From positions 1,289,096 through 1,350,670 of the forward strand of contig NC_057718.1 of NCBI RefSeq assembly GCF_004010195.1: DNA of 61,575 nt, in the 5' to 3' direction. Source of the DNA: Chiloscyllium plagiosum (Eukaryota). Below are positions 50,720-61,575 of this stretch, piece by piece (positions within the stretch are counted from its first letter, which is position 1; every line of letters starts with the position of its first letter). The notes under the pieces are model-generated. The model had not been told where the DNA came from, ran no database searches, and saw only the letters and a list, made by a program, of their open reading frames with translations. The position numbers and the translations under genes are program-made.

Positions 50720-51974
50720 CTGTAAATGAAGATACTTTATTGCCTCTTCCAACCATACTGAACTCAGAAGAAGATTAGTACATATTTACATATGACACCG
50801 CAGTGGGATAAGATACACACACGTGAGATAGATAAAGTATGGGCATAAAGGAGTTAAGGAATAAGCAATCTTTGATAAAATAATTAAGCAACTGATAAAT
50901 AACAGAGGAATATTATGGAACATAACTACATGAACATAACAGATAGGATCAAGAGCAGGGCCAGTGATCCTTCGGGCCAGCTCTTCCATAAGACTGATCT
51001 TCTGCCTAAACGCCTCCTTCCCCGCCCCTTCTTCATATCCCTACATATCTGTCATACCACAAAATATATATTGTTTGATATTTTGAGTATTTCAAAGCAT
51101 AACAAAAGAAAAACAAAAATAAACATTAGGGAGAGTAATATGGACTTAAGAAGGAAAATAGTAATCCATACAATCAGAGTAACTCAGGATCTTTACTAAC
51201 ATTACAAAGTCAAAAGATAGCTGAAAAGCCAACTGAGAAATGGATGGAGCCTGAAGATAAAGTTTTTAAAAAATGAAAACAAAGGTCCTGACCCTCTGCC
51301 TTTTGTCTGCTGGCATTCATGGTCAGTGAACCCCCAGTATTTCCCCTTTACACCTTCCCAGGCTCTTGACTTTCAGCCTGGTACCCTTGCTGTCCATTGG
51401 CTGCTGCCACCCTGAGTACATTGTTTATGCTGCTAACATTCCTTGAAAAACACACAAAAAGTTCTTGTTACGGTGTTACTGGACCAGATTTATACTATTT
51501 ACTCAGTGACCATCTCCGATACTCCATATTGCTGGATTTGCACAACTTGGACTCTGGTCAAACATTATCACTTTTTCTTTTTTGTAGTTTTTAAATTAAG
51601 CAGCACTTCTCATCTACTCAATCTGGGGCTCAGTGAGATACTCACCTCTACCAATTAGAAACTAACAGAAGAACCATGAGCTACTGATATCTCTAGGTTA
51701 GCATGTTCCAATGCTTTTTCAGGTATTGCAGCTTTTTATTATGGATTTCACTTACAATTCTGCTTTTAAAATTTATTTGGGAATGTTATTTTCTTTTGCT
51801 TGCTCCCCAGTTTTTTTTATGTACTTCATGGTTCTACTGATACATTAGACCAAAAGTATCAAAAGCACAGAAAGCAACTGGCAGATGCCACAGTCAAGTT
51901 CCCTATATCGAAAATGCCACCAGAATATACCCGCATTTACCACACTGACAGGGTCCGAAAGGAAGTGACTTGGA

Positions 51975-52810
51975 GACAGTAAGGATTGCAGATGCTGGAA
52001 GTCAGAGTCAATAGAAGTGAAGCTGGAAGAGCACAGCAGATCAGGCAGTATCCGAGCAGCAGGAATGTCAACATTTCGGGCTGAAACCCTTTGTCGGGAC
52101 TGGGGAGGGGAGAGAGCCCAGATGTACATACAGGGAGGAATTTGGGGGTGGGGAAGGGGTAGGTGGGATGGTGATAGATGGATGCAGGTAAGGGGTTATT
52201 GTGATTGGTCAGTGGGAAGGGTGGAGTGGATAGGTGAGTAGGAAGACAGACAGGTTAGGACAGGTCGGGAAAGCGAGGAGGAGGAGTGGGGCTAGACATG
52301 GGATAAGGCTGAGGGAGGAGGGACTTTAAAACTGGTGAAGTCGATGTCAAGGCCATTGGGCTGTAAGCTTCCCAGTTTCCGTTTGACCTCACTCTGACAG
52401 TGGAGGAGGCCAAGGATGGACATGTCGCTGGGGCAGTGGGAGGGGGAATTTGTGTGGATGGCAACCAAAAGGTCAGGTTGGTCAGTGCGTCCAGAGCATA
52501 GAAACTCCACGAACTGGTCCCCAAGTCTGCATTTGGTCTTGCCGATATAGAAGAGATCACATCAACTGCAATAAATGATGTGCAGTTGAATCTCTGTTGG
52601 ATCTGAAAGGATTATTTAGAGTCTTGGACAGAGGTGAGAGGGGAGATGTTGCATCTCTTTCAGGGCAGGGAAAGGTACTAGGTGTGGTTGAGAAGTTGGT
52701 GGGATGTGTGGAGTTGACAAGGGATTTGTGGAGTGAGCTGTCCCTGTGGAATGCAGACGGGGTGGGGAAGGAAATATCTTTTTGGAGGTGTGGTCTGATT
52801 GTAGGTGACC
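51975..52810 (-). mobile_element. Degraded Penelope-like element 3' part
   Basis: PSHCPSDMSILGLLHC..LGSLQPNGL; terminal repeat at ~51975-52090. Confidence 0.8.
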
Positions 52811-53574
52811 ATGTTGGGCTGAATGGCCTGTTTCCACGCTATGGGGATTCTATATATATGATTCTTAAAGGGTTTGACAGGTACGTGCTGAGAGAGCGCT
52901 TCCCCTCATGAGATACTCTCGGACTAGAGGGCATAGTCGCAGAATTAAGGGGCACCAATTGACAATTGAGATGAAGAGGAAATTCTTCTCTCAAAGAGTT
53001 TTGTATCTTTGGAAGTCCTTGTCACGGAGAGCTATGGGAGCAGAGTCCTTGCGGATATTTAAGGATGACAGATAGTTGGATTATTAATCTGTAGAGGAAT
53101 CAAGGATTATGGGAAAAGAGCAGGAAAGTGGACATGAGGAATGTCAGATCAGTCATGATCCTATTGACTGGTGCAGGAGGATTCATGGACCAAATGACCT
53201 ACTCTTTTTATTTCCCATGTTTTTATAGTAAACTCGGTTGGGTTTTATTAACAATCAATAATAATTTTATGTCATTATAAGACTCTTAATTCAAGATTTT
53301 CTTTTTATTGAATTAAAGTTCTACCATGGTGAGATTCGAATCCAGATCCCCAGAAAAATACCTGGCTCCTTTCATTAATAGCCTAGCGATAATACCATTA
53401 GGTCATAGCCTTTCTGTCAATTAAGTTATTTCTTAACTCTTACGTTCCTGTATTTTAACTGGAGGCCATGTGGGATAGTCACTACTTTAGAATTAGCACA
53501 GTGGAACATACGATGAATGGAACAAGTCATGCAAGATGAGGATTCACCAAAGTATTACAGATCATAGCACATAC

Positions 53575-53736
53575 CTGGAGGGCTAATACCACCCGAATAA
53601 GATCCACAACTACCTCCTCATTGGCCAGTTCCACGCTGATGAGTGCAAGCATGGCATAGAGTGCATCGTAATGGATATGGGAGTTATTCTCCTGTTTACA
53701 GCTCATATAGATATATCTGTACAATGTCTGTGAGTG
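53575..53736 (-). CDS. EFR3B: EFR3B coding exon: HSQTLYRYIYMSCKQENNSHIHYDALYAMLALISVELANEEVVVDLIRVVLALQ
   Basis: ttgcag|CAC...CAG|gtatgt, 162 nt; conserved 'ELANEEVVVDLIR' motif. Confidence 0.96.
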
Positions 53737-54090
53737 CTGCAAAAAAGATGCAAACTTTCATCAAAATGGGCAGTTATTCACCACACAAAGAATGTAGAAA
53801 TTCACTGGGATTTGTGTGGTCGCCTGTTGAATTGCAGTAGATGGTAAGCCGAAAATAAAAGCATGAGGGAACAGGAGATTAGAGGAAATTCTGAAACAAA
53901 TTTGGTTGTCCCTTTAATCTATTCTTACCATAAAAGAGGGAGATATGGAAATGACACACTGGCAATGGAGTTGACAAAATAGAGTGTAATGGGATATGAA
54001 GAAACCATACTAGGAAGTGAAATATGGAGGGGACAAACTGAGAAGCAGTGGGATATGGACAGGACACAACAGAGAGCACTGAGGAATTAA

Positions 54091-56463
54091 GTGCCACACT
54101 CGGGAGCAATGACATATGACATGTCCCACTGGGGAGCAGTTATTATGGCGTGTCTTACTGTGGAGCAGTGAGGTTTGGCGTGTCCCACTGGGGTGCAGTG
54201 AGATATGGCGTGTCCCACTGGGGAGCAGTCAGATATGGCGTGTCCCACTGGGGAGCAGTCAGATATGGCGTATCCCACTGGGGAGCAGTGAGATATGGTG
54301 GGTCTCACTGGGAAGCAGTGAGGTTTGGCGTGTCCCACTGGGGAGCAGTCAGATATGGCGTATCCCACTGGGGAGCAGTGAGATATGCGTATCCCACTAG
54401 GGAGCAGTGAGGTTTGGCGCATCCCACTGGGGAGCAGTCAGATATGGTGTGTCCCACTGGGGAGCAGTGAGGTTTGGCGTGTCTCACTGGGGAGCAGTCA
54501 GATATGGCATGTCTCACTGGGGAGCAATGACATATGACATGTCCTACTGGGGAGCAGTGAGATATGGCATGTCCCACTGGGGAGCAGTGAGATATGCGTG
54601 TCCCACTAGGGAGTAGTGAGGTTTGGCGTGTCCCACTGGGGAGCAGTCAGATATGGCGTGTCCCACTGGGGAGCAGTGAGGTTTGGCGTGTCCCACTGGG
54701 GAGTAGTCAGATATGGCGTGTCCCACTGGGGAGCAATGACATATGACATGTCCTACTGGGGAGCAGTGAGGTTTGGCATGTCCCACTGGGGAGCAGTCAG
54801 ATATGGTGTGTCCCACTAGGGAGTAGTGAAGTTTGGCGTGTCCCACTGGGGTGCAGTCAGATATGGCGTGTCCCACTGGGGAGCAGTGAGGTTTGGCGTG
54901 TCCCACTGGGGAGCAGTCAGATATGGCGTGTCCCACTGGAGAGCAGTGAGATATGGTGTGTCCCACTGGGGAGCAATGAGGTTTGGTGTGTCCCACTGGG
55001 GAGCAATGACATATGACATGTCCTACTGGGGAGCAGTGAGATATGGCGTGTCTCACTGGGGAGCAGTGAGGTTTGGTGTGTCCCACTGGGGTGCAGTGAG
55101 ATATGTCATATCCCACTGGGGAGCACTGAGATATGGCATGTCCCACTGGGGAGCAGTCAGATATGGCATGTCCTAGTGGGAGCAGTGAGGTTTGGCGTGT
55201 CCCACTGGGGAGCAGTGCGATATGGTGTGTCCCACTGGGAAACAGTGAGGTTTGGCGTGTCCTATTGGGGAGCAGTCAGATATGGGGTGTATCACAGGGG
55301 AGCAGTGAGATATGGTGTGTCCCACTAGGGAACAGTGAGGTTTGGCGTGTCCCACTGGGGAGCAGTCAGATATGGCATGTCCCACTGGGGAGCAGTGAGG
55401 TTTGGCGTGTCCCACTGGGGAGCAGTCAGATATGGCGTGTACCACTGGGGAGCAGTCAGATATGGCATGTCCCACAGTGGAGCAGTGAGGTTTGGTGTGT
55501 CCCACTGGGGAGCAGTCAGATATGGTGTATCCCACTGGGGAGCAGTGAGGTTTGCCGTGTCCCACTGGGGAGCAGTGAGATATGGCGTGTCACACTGGGG
55601 AGCAGTGAGATATTGTGTGTCTCACTGGGGAGCAGTGAGGTTTGGTGTGTCCCACTGGGGAGCAGTCAGATATGGTGTGTCCCACTGGGGAGCAGTGAGA
55701 TATGGCGTGTCCCACTGGGGAGCAATCAGATATGGTGTGTCCCACTGGGGAGCAGTGAGGTTTGGTGTGTCCCACTGGGGAGCAGTGAGGTTTGGCGTGT
55801 CCCATTGGGGAGCAGTCAGATATGGCATCTCCCACTGTGGAGCAGTGAGATATGGCGTGTCTCACTGGGGAGCAGTGAGGTTTGGCGTGTCCCACTGGGG
55901 AGCAGTCAGATATGGCGTGTACCACTGGGGAGCAGTGAGGTTTGGCGTGTCCCACTGGGGAGCAGTGAGGTTTGGCGTGTCCCACTGGGGAGCAGTCAGA
56001 TATGGCGTGTCCCAATGCAGAGCAGTGAGGTTTTGCGTGTCCCACTGGGGAGCAGTCAGATATGGTGTGTCCCACTGGGGAGCAGTGAGGTTTGGCGTGT
56101 CCAACTGGGGTGCAGTCAGATATGGCATATCCCACTGGGGAGCAGTGAGGTTTGGCGTGTCCAACTGGGGAGCAGTCAGATATGGCGTGTACCACTGGGG
56201 AGCAGTGAGGTTTGGCGTGTCCCACTGGGGAGCAGTCAGATATGGCATCTCCCACTGGGGAGCAGTCAGATATGGCATCTCCCACTGGGGAGCAGTCAGA
56301 TATGGTGTGTCCCACTGGGGAGCAGTGAGGTTTGGCGTGTCCAACTGGGGTGCAGTCAGATATGGCATATCCCACTGGGGAGCAGTGAGGTTTGGCGTGT
56401 CCGACTGGGGAGCAGTCAGATATGGCGTGTCCCACTGGGGAGCAGTGAGGTTTGGCGTGTCCT
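54091..56463. repeat. ~79-copy 30-bp tandem satellite in an EFR3B intron
   Basis: Unit GTGTCCCACTGGGGAGCAGT(GAGGTTT/CAGATAT)GGC. Confidence 0.98.
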
Positions 56464-56612
56464 AGATAAACAGACAGATTACTGATCAATAGGGTGAATC
56501 AAGGGTGGCAGGGAAAGTGCAGGGAAATGGACCTGAGGGATTAGATGCCAAATGGCCTACTACTATTCCTATTTCTTATGGTCTTAAACTCAGGAGAATA
56601 TAAGAGGCTCAC

Positions 56613-56688
56613 CTTCTTCATAAAGAGTGTATCCTGACGGGAGCACTTGTCCACTTTTAGCATGAGGACAGAGATGTCTGGAACAATA
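56613..56688 (-). CDS. EFR3B: EFR3B coding exon: IVPDISVLMLKVDKCSRQDTLFMKK
   Basis: cttcag|T ATT...AAG|gtgagc, 76 nt; matches EFR3B 'DISVLKLKVDKCSRQDTVFMKK'. Confidence 0.95.
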
Positions 56689-57856
56689 CTGAAGAGGAAG
56701 AGGAAAACACCATCAGTTTGAGAATACTCAGACACACTCATACAGATTGACAGAAATGGATAGATACAGACAAAAACACAGAAATAAAGATATATTTTTG
56801 ATCACAAATACAGAGATATTCAAAAGGTGTCGAAGAATACAAGTTCTACCGCCTGCAGGGCCAATGTCTAAAGTGGGATTAAGTTGGAACGTTTGCTTTC
56901 TCTGATGGAACGAACCATTATGGATGAAGTCATCTTTTTTGTACTGTAGTAAGTTCATAAATTCATAAAATATAGGAGCAGAATTAGGCCATTCGGCCCA
57001 TTGAGTCTGCACCGCTCTTTGCTCATGGCTGATATATTCCTCACTCCCATTTTCCTCCTTTCTCTCCATATCCCTTCATCCCATTACCAATTAAAAATCT
57101 GTCTAACTCTTAATCGTTCTATAATGCTATATAGAGAACACATAGATACAGACAAACACAAGTAAACCCAAAAATAGATAGACACGGCACAACACCGAAT
57201 GGTTGTTTGTTAAACTTTAGCAAGATATATACTCTTGAGACAGTATTAGAGCCACTGCATGTTAATGATCTACACTTGGTTAGCAGGACACAACTTAAAA
57301 ATGTGCACATGATATAAAACATATTTTAAGCTGCGAGGAGAATAGCGATAAATTTCAAGAGCAAAGGATTAAAGTTGTGGAATACTGCAGCAGATGAAAT
57401 TTAATACAGACAAAGCATGAAGCAATTCTTTTTGTGAGGAAGAATAAGGAGGGCCGGTATAAAATAAAGGCTACAATTCTAGGCAGTGGTGTATTCAGCA
57501 ACATGTTGTGCTGAGGGTACGTTGTACATATTCATACTGAAATTGAACGTTTGGGATCTTTTATTTTGTCTAAAGGCAAACTATTGACTTTTATACAGTA
57601 ATAAGTTTGAAGGACTGACATGCATACTTGGTTTGAGCAGAATAAATACCATTGCAATGACAAAAAGAAATCGACAACACTGAAAAAAACGTTATCGAGT
57701 CATACTGCATGGAAACTGACCCTTCAGTTAAACTTATACCTTCCAAACAAGTTTCCCAAACTAAACTATTCCCACTTGCCTGCATTTGGCCTGCATCCTT
57801 CCAAACCGTTCCTATTCATGTAGCAGTCCAAATGTCTTTTAAACATTGTAACTATT

Positions 57857-58100
57857 TGTGGGCGGCACAGTGGCACAGTGGTTAGCACTGCTGCCTCATA
57901 TTGCCAGAAACCCGGGCTCAATTCCCGTCTCAGGAGTTTGCATATTCTCCCTGTGCCTGCGTAGGTTTCCTCCCACAGTCCAAAAATGCGCAGATTGGGT
58001 AAATGTAGGAGAATGGGTCTAGGTGGGTTGCTCTTCAGAGGGTCGGTATGGACTTGTTGAGCCGAAGGGCCTGTTTCCAAACTGTAAGTAATCTAATCTA
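57857..58100 (+). mobile_element. HE1-type V-SINE inserted in a minus-strand CR1 3' fragment
   Basis: GGCACAGTGGCACAGTGGTTAGCACTGCTGCCTCA head; (AATCT)n tail. Confidence 0.88.
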
Positions 58101-59086
58101 GATTTCATGAAGAAAGAGATAGCTGAAGTAAGATTGACTACCTCATCTGGCAATTTTTCCACATACAAACTACACTTTGTGAAAAAGTTGCCCCTCAGGT
58201 CCCTTTTAAAACTTTTTCTTCTTACCTTAAATATATGCCCCCTGTTTTTGACTACCCCAGCCTAGGGAAAAGACCTTTGCTGTCCACCTTATCTATGCCC
58301 CTCATGATTTTACAAACCTCTCTAAGGTCAGCTCCTACACTCCAGTGAGAAAAGTCCCAGCCTCTCATAGAGTCATAGAGATGTACAGCACGGAAACTGC
58401 CAGAGAAAAACTGAGCAGGGAGAATGGCCACACCCCTTTCATTTTAACCTTGATTGCCTTTTATCTGAGGCAGTATCTGTTAGCTAGAATCAAACTGGTC
58501 CTAAAACTCTTCAAACCTTGACTTTTGCAATCATTGCTTTTACGACCTCTCTGAATGAAAAGCAAAGGACAGCATAATCTTGTTAAAGTAGCAGCATTGT
58601 CACATGATGTTAGGAAGAACCTTTACAAAACACTGATTCAGCTTCAGTAGGACGAAGCACACTGTCTGGAGAATGTGAGGGCTTCTGAGAACTTCAGTCA
58701 CTCAAGTGGTTGGAGAAGCTAGACTTCATGAAGAAAGAGATGGCTGAGGTAAGATTGATGGAAATATTGAAAATTATGAGAAGTCATGACAGAGCAGGTA
58801 AAGAAAAATTGTTCCCATTGGCGAAGAGGCGAGAACCAGGGACACTGAATTAAGCTGATTGAATGAGCCAGTAACACGTGGTTAGGATCATCAGTCTACA
58901 ATCTGAGAATACAGTGGTGGCAGATGTGATTGTGGATATCAAAATGAATTTGATTATGTGAAGAGCGAAGATTTGCAGGGCTAGCACTGGCTGAGTTGTT
59001 CTTGCAGAGAGATAATACAAACATGACAGTCTGAATATCCTGCTTCTATGTTGTTCTATCAGTGAAATGGTCCACTTGGGGCATAC

Positions 59087-59259
59087 CTGACATGAGAGAA
59101 CTTATGTCTATTCCCTTGGCGGTCGATCAGACTGAGAAGGATCTCTATGACGAGGAGGCGATGTTCAGCATCCTCCATTAATGAGGTAGAGAGAAGAGGT
59201 TCCAGGAAGGAGGTGGGCAGGGTCGCTAAAAGGTTATTGCTCTGGAACCCAATTGTCAC
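59087..59259 (-). CDS. EFR3B: EFR3B coding exon: VTIGFQSNNLLATLPTSFLEPLLSTSLMEDAEHRLLVIEILLSLIDRQGNRHKFSHV
   Basis: ORF 59059..59265; tttgaag|GTG...AG|gtatgc, 173 nt; strong similarity to EFR3B 'LMEDAEIRLFVLEILISFIDRHGNRHKFS'. Confidence 0.95.
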
Positions 59260-59754
59260 CTTCAAATAAAAGAAATTTTAAAAATCATAAACTACAACCA
59301 AACTCACTATAGAATGGCCAGAGGAATAAGTTGCAATATTAAGCACAAAAATAACTTAAATTCACTCAACTCATCTTTTAAATTCTTAATTGTGATTTAA
59401 ACCCACATTTCTGCTTATTCTGGTGAGAAATTCAATTCAATTCAAATACTCATCATGACAGGCTGGAATACATTTCTACCTTATAATGTACTTAATCCTG
59501 TCAAATGCTCTCAGGGCATGGACAGCTCAGAATTAGATACAAGGTACAGCATCCACCACACGGTCTTCATCAAAAACTCCCAGGACAGGTATAGCAAAAC
59601 ATTTAATGGGGAGTACTGCATTGTCAGAACTGGAAATCCTGAGCGAATTTCTTTTTCTGTTCTCAAACTGTCAGGCTGATTGCACCGAGTTAACTCTTTA
59701 TTTGATGATTTGGGTATGCACAACTGAAACACTTTCTGACTTACCAATGAGTAG

Positions 59755-60040
59755 ACAGTCAGAAACTTTTTCCCCGGGTGCAACACAGTGTTACAAGGGG
59801 ACATAAATTTAAGGTGAAGGGTGGAAGGTATAGGGGAGATATCAGGGGTGGGTTCTTTACCCAGAGAGTGGTGGGGGCATGGAATGCGCTGCCTGTGGGA
59901 GGGGTAGAGTCAGAATCTTTGGTGACCTTTAAGCGGCAATTGGATAGGTACATGGATGGGTGCTTAAGCTAGGACAAATGTTCGGCACAACACCGTGGGC
60001 CGAAGGGCCTGTTCTGTGCTGTATTGTTCTATGTTCTATG
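59755..60040 (+). mobile_element. CR1/HER1 LINE 3' end
   Basis: TRGHKFKVKGGRYRGDIRGGFFTQRVVGAWNALP; (TATGTTC)n tail. Confidence 0.9.
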
Positions 60041-60084
60041 AGTCTTCACTGGAGCATTGTAGGAATATATTTGAAAAGTCATAC

Positions 60085-60136
60085 CTGTAGGAGGGATTTT
60101 AGCAACATCAACTGAATCATTCGATTTCCATTATCC
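60085..60136 (-). CDS. EFR3B: EFR3B coding exon (first in window): (x)DNGNRMIQLMLLKSLLQ
   Basis: Minus strand ttgcag|G GAT AAT...CTA CAG|gtatga, 52 nt. Matches recalled vertebrate EFR3B 'NRLTQIMLLKSLLQ'; phase fits the next exon. Confidence 0.9.
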
Positions 60137-60426
60137 CTGCAACAGGAAGCAGAATTAGAAATGAGTGCTCAGTCAAAGGCCTGTTTTACTGAAATGAATA
60201 CAAAATAACAAAATAATCAGTCAGCTGACACTGGTACAGACCAGTAAGAGACTGTATCCTCTCTCCTACTCTGTTTTGACCACATAATCGGGATGGCTGT
60301 ACTGATGTCTGGAGTACTTGTGTCCTCTGCACAGCAGTACTCCTCTCCACTAAACGTCTTAAATAAATTCACTCATGGGATGTCAGCATTGTCATAGAGA
60401 CCAGCATTTGGTACACATATCTCAAT

Positions 60427-61575
60427 ATGCCCCCCAATAACAGCAGGGAGATGGAAGAAAGCATAGGTCGGCAGATTTTGGAAAAGTGTGGACGTAGTAG
60501 GGTTGTTGTAATGGGTGACTTTAACTTTCCAAATATTGATTGGAACCTCCTTCGAGCAGATGGTTTGGAAGGATCTGTTTTTGTAAGGTGTGTTCAGGAG
60601 GGTTTCCTAACTGAGTACGTTGACAGGCCGATGAGGGGAGAGGCCATTCTAGACTTGGTATTCGGAAACGAGCCAGGGCAGCTATCAGATCTTGTGGTGG
60701 GAGAGCATTTTGGTGATAGTGACCACAACTGCCTCACATTCTACATAGCTAATGAGAAGGAGAGGATTAGGCAAAATGGGAGGATATTTAATTGGGGAAG
60801 AGGAAACGATGATGTGATTAGACATGAATTAGGAAGCATGGATTGGGAGCAATTGTCCCTCTGAGACAGGCAAGAAGGGGTAAGATAAAGGAGCCTTGGA
60901 TGACGAGAGCGGTGGAGCTTCTCGTCAAAAGGAAAAAGGTAGCTTACATAAGGTGGAGGAAGCTAGGGTCAAGCTCAGCTCTCGAGGATTACAGGCAGGC
61001 GAGGAAGGAGCTCAAAAATGGTCTGAGGAGAGCCAGGAGGGGGCACGAGAAAGACTTGGCAGAACGGATTAGGGAGAACACAAAGGCATTTTACACTTAT
61101 GTGAGGAATAAGAGAATGGCCAAAGAAAGAGTAGGGCCGATCAGGGATAGCATAGGGAATTTGTGTGTGGAGACTGAGGAGTAGGGGAAGTCCTAAATTA
61201 GTTTTTTTCTTCTGTCTTTACGAAAGAAACAAACTTTGTAGTGAATGAAACCTTTGAAGAGCAGGTGTGCATGCTGGAATGGATAGAGATAGAGGAAGCT
61301 GGTGTGCTGAAAATTTTGTCAAACATTAAGATTGACAAGTTGCCAGGCCCGGACGAGATTTGTCCTCGGCTGCTTTGGGAAACGAGAAATGCGATTGCTT
61401 CGCCACTTGTGAAGATCTTTGCATCCTCGCTCTCCACTGGAGTCGTACCTGAGGACTGGAGAGAGGCAAATGTAATTCCTCTCTTCAAGAAAGGAAATAG
61501 GGAAATCCACGGCAATTACAGACCAGTAAATCTCACGTCTGTCGTCTGCAAGGTGTTAGAAAGGATTCTGAAGGA
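60427..61575 (+). mobile_element. CR1 LINE ORF2 (APE endonuclease and start of RT), internally deleted, runs off the window
   Basis: MGDFNFPNIDW, LDLVF, SDH, PLFKKG, NYRPV. Confidence 0.92.

Noticed and set aside
54091..56463. CAGTG motifs as iron-responsive elements or RAG recombination signals
   Set aside because: CAGTG lies in the stem, not in an apical CAGUGN loop with a bulged C, and no heptamer-spacer-nonamer arrangement is present.
54087..56489. Long ORFs (up to 450 aa) with 10-aa repeats on both strands
   Set aside because: A by-product of a stop-poor 30-bp unit. They are intronic, open in several frames at once, and EFR3B exons on either side join in phase without them.
57857..57930. 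tRNA gene
   Set aside because: A/B boxes belong to the tRNA-derived head of an HE1 SINE that continues into the V-domain and LINE-like tail; no complete cloverleaf.
5655..60136. Assignment to EFR3A instead of EFR3B
   Set aside because: Peptides such as SIGETISLQVEVESRNSPEKEE, EEITYETLKKAI and AAHCGAR match recalled EFR3B rather than EFR3A.

Overview
Repeat-rich vertebrate genomic DNA, almost certainly from a cartilaginous fish (shark), judged by HE1-type V-SINEs, HER1/CR1 LINEs and Penelope-like elements. The whole window lies inside the 3' half of one minus-strand gene, EFR3B (plasma-membrane anchor of the PI4KA-TTC7-FAM126 complex). Eleven consecutive coding exons can be traced with canonical GT-AG boundaries and consistent phases; the upstream exons and the terminal exon were not found and presumably lie outside the window. 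Introns are filled with nested CR1, Rex1/Babar and Penelope-like elements, SINEs, two related solo LTRs, a Gypsy gag remnant, a ~2.4 kb 30-bp satellite and four assembly gaps. Highlights: (1) a 36-bp tandem array built from the EFR3B 5' splice site offers in-frame alternative donors that could insert 24-48 aa into the TTC7/FAM126-binding tail. (2) A degraded endogenous retrovirus has a tRNA-Ser PBS, two CCHC knuckles and a foamy-like RT, and its YVDD active site has been amplified into an 11-copy minisatellite. (3) Minimal hammerhead ribozyme motifs sit in the Penelope-like termini. Transposon boundaries are approximate unless a TSD is stated, and family assignments come from recalled motifs rather than database searches.
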